Of a DNA stretch of 64,000 bases, positions 63,201 through 64,000 are shown piece after piece. The translations under genes and the position numbers were made by a program. The first letter of the stretch is position 1. Each line of letters starts with the position of its first letter. Under the pieces are notes generated by a model that was not told the DNA's origin, made no database searches, and saw nothing but the letters and a program-made list of their open reading frames with translations. The DNA is from Schmidtea nova (lineage: Eukaryota), in NCBI GenBank assembly GCA_044892505.1, contig CM097882.1, forward strand, positions 445,036,001 through 445,100,000, given 5' to 3'.

Positions 63201-64000
63201 ACTCGATTTCAAAGAGTCAGAACTTCAATTGCTTACTTTGAAAAAATCCATAAAATAAATATTACCTTCACTGTCACTAATCGCGAACCCTCACTATATA
63301 TAACAACAGAAGCGCGAGGTACATGCATTTTGACTTCTGATTTACATCAGACGACATCTAAAGTCTTGCATATTGCACTCTGTAACTCTTATATGTCGAA
63401 ATGGGAGAAGAGCTGCGTCTCAAGCATATTTGCTTCAGCAATCAAACTTTCACCGATTGTTAACAAGGCCATCTATCGTAGTGAATTGTCTGAGTTTGCT
63501 TGGAATTTTATTCATCGAGCTCGCACTAACACTCTCTCTATTCTCGCGAAGCCTTACAATCGAGATGAAAAAAGACTTTGTCGTCGGTGTCATCTTGCAG
63601 ATGAGACGATGTCACACGCTATTCAATCGTGTAAAGTCCATCTTACTCTTGGTTCTGAGCGACACGACGACTGTCTAAAGATTATTGCTACTCATCTTCA
63701 GAGAATTCCGAATTTGATTGTTGTTATTGATCATGCCTGTTCACTTGTTCCGAACTCTAAAGAACGAGTTGACTTGATGATAACAGACTTGTCAAAAAAG
63801 AAAATCTTTCTAATTGACTTGAAATGTCCGACAGACTCTATTGCTGGTTTTGAACAAGTTGACTTACTAAACTTGGCGAAATATGATTCGTTGAAAAACG
63901 AGATACAAGCTGTCAAGCCAGACTTTAGAGTTGAACTTGATACTTGCATTATTGGTGCTTTGGGATCTTTTCCTTCGAAAACTTCCGATATTCTTTTGAA
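60252..64000 (+). CDS. Open frame of ~1250 aa absent from the ORF track (no stop before the window end): degenerate Ulp1-like repeats, RT, CCHC and RLE endonuclease
   Basis: Read manually: SPGIDG, SWRPIALLSVIYK, QKG, GCAEH, WLDIKDAFGSVPH, GVKQGCPLS, LAYADDI (62451), YQYLGV, CRRC..ETMSHAIQSC, RHD, RVDL..IDLKCP, KY..L, IGALG. Confidence 0.92.

Larger units (their letters stand above)
56897..64000 (+). mobile_element. RLE-clade (NeSL/R2-like) non-LTR retrotransposon with Ulp1-like protease domains; runs off the window end
   Basis: One long ORF broken by frameshifts at ~57135, ~57470 and ~60252 and a TGA at 59530. It encodes a C48 protease, RT, CCHC knuckle and restriction-like endonuclease. Confidence 0.9.

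Overview
AT-rich, intron-containing eukaryotic DNA from a draft assembly with N gaps. It is probably an animal; the 42-54 bp introns and repeat load would fit something like a planarian flatworm, but that is inference only. The left third holds two host genes on +: a kinesin-4/KIF4-like chromokinesin (1940-14991) and a KDM5/JARID1-like demethylase (15440 to at least 21453). The rest is mostly transposon-derived. The centrepiece is a recently inserted 16.5-kb Ty3/gypsy-type LTR element on - (33800-50327) with near-identical 764-bp LTRs, an ATAT TSD, a tRNA-Trp-like PBS and a PPT. Its coding region reads as one ~3,385-aa polyprotein, interrupted by one TAA and one homopolymer frameshift. The order is: Gag with 4 CCHC knuckles, two ubiquitin-like domains (possibly BAG1-like), a Bcl-2-like domain, a TM/signal peptide, a chuvirus-like fusion glycoprotein placed BEFORE pol, PTAP/YPxxxL motifs, PR-RT-RNaseH-IN, and a second type-I membrane protein. 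A separate REX4/ISG20-like DEDDh exonuclease ORF follows. Also present: a related solo LTR, a pogo/Tigger transposon, piggyBac-like MITEs, degraded gypsy, hAT and Penelope fragments, a calcineurin B pseudogene, a stray FANCJ/RTEL1 fragment, and a very large RLE-clade (NeSL/R2-like) non-LTR element carrying Ulp1-like protease domains that runs off the window end. All domain calls are from motif recognition by eye; no database searches were run.
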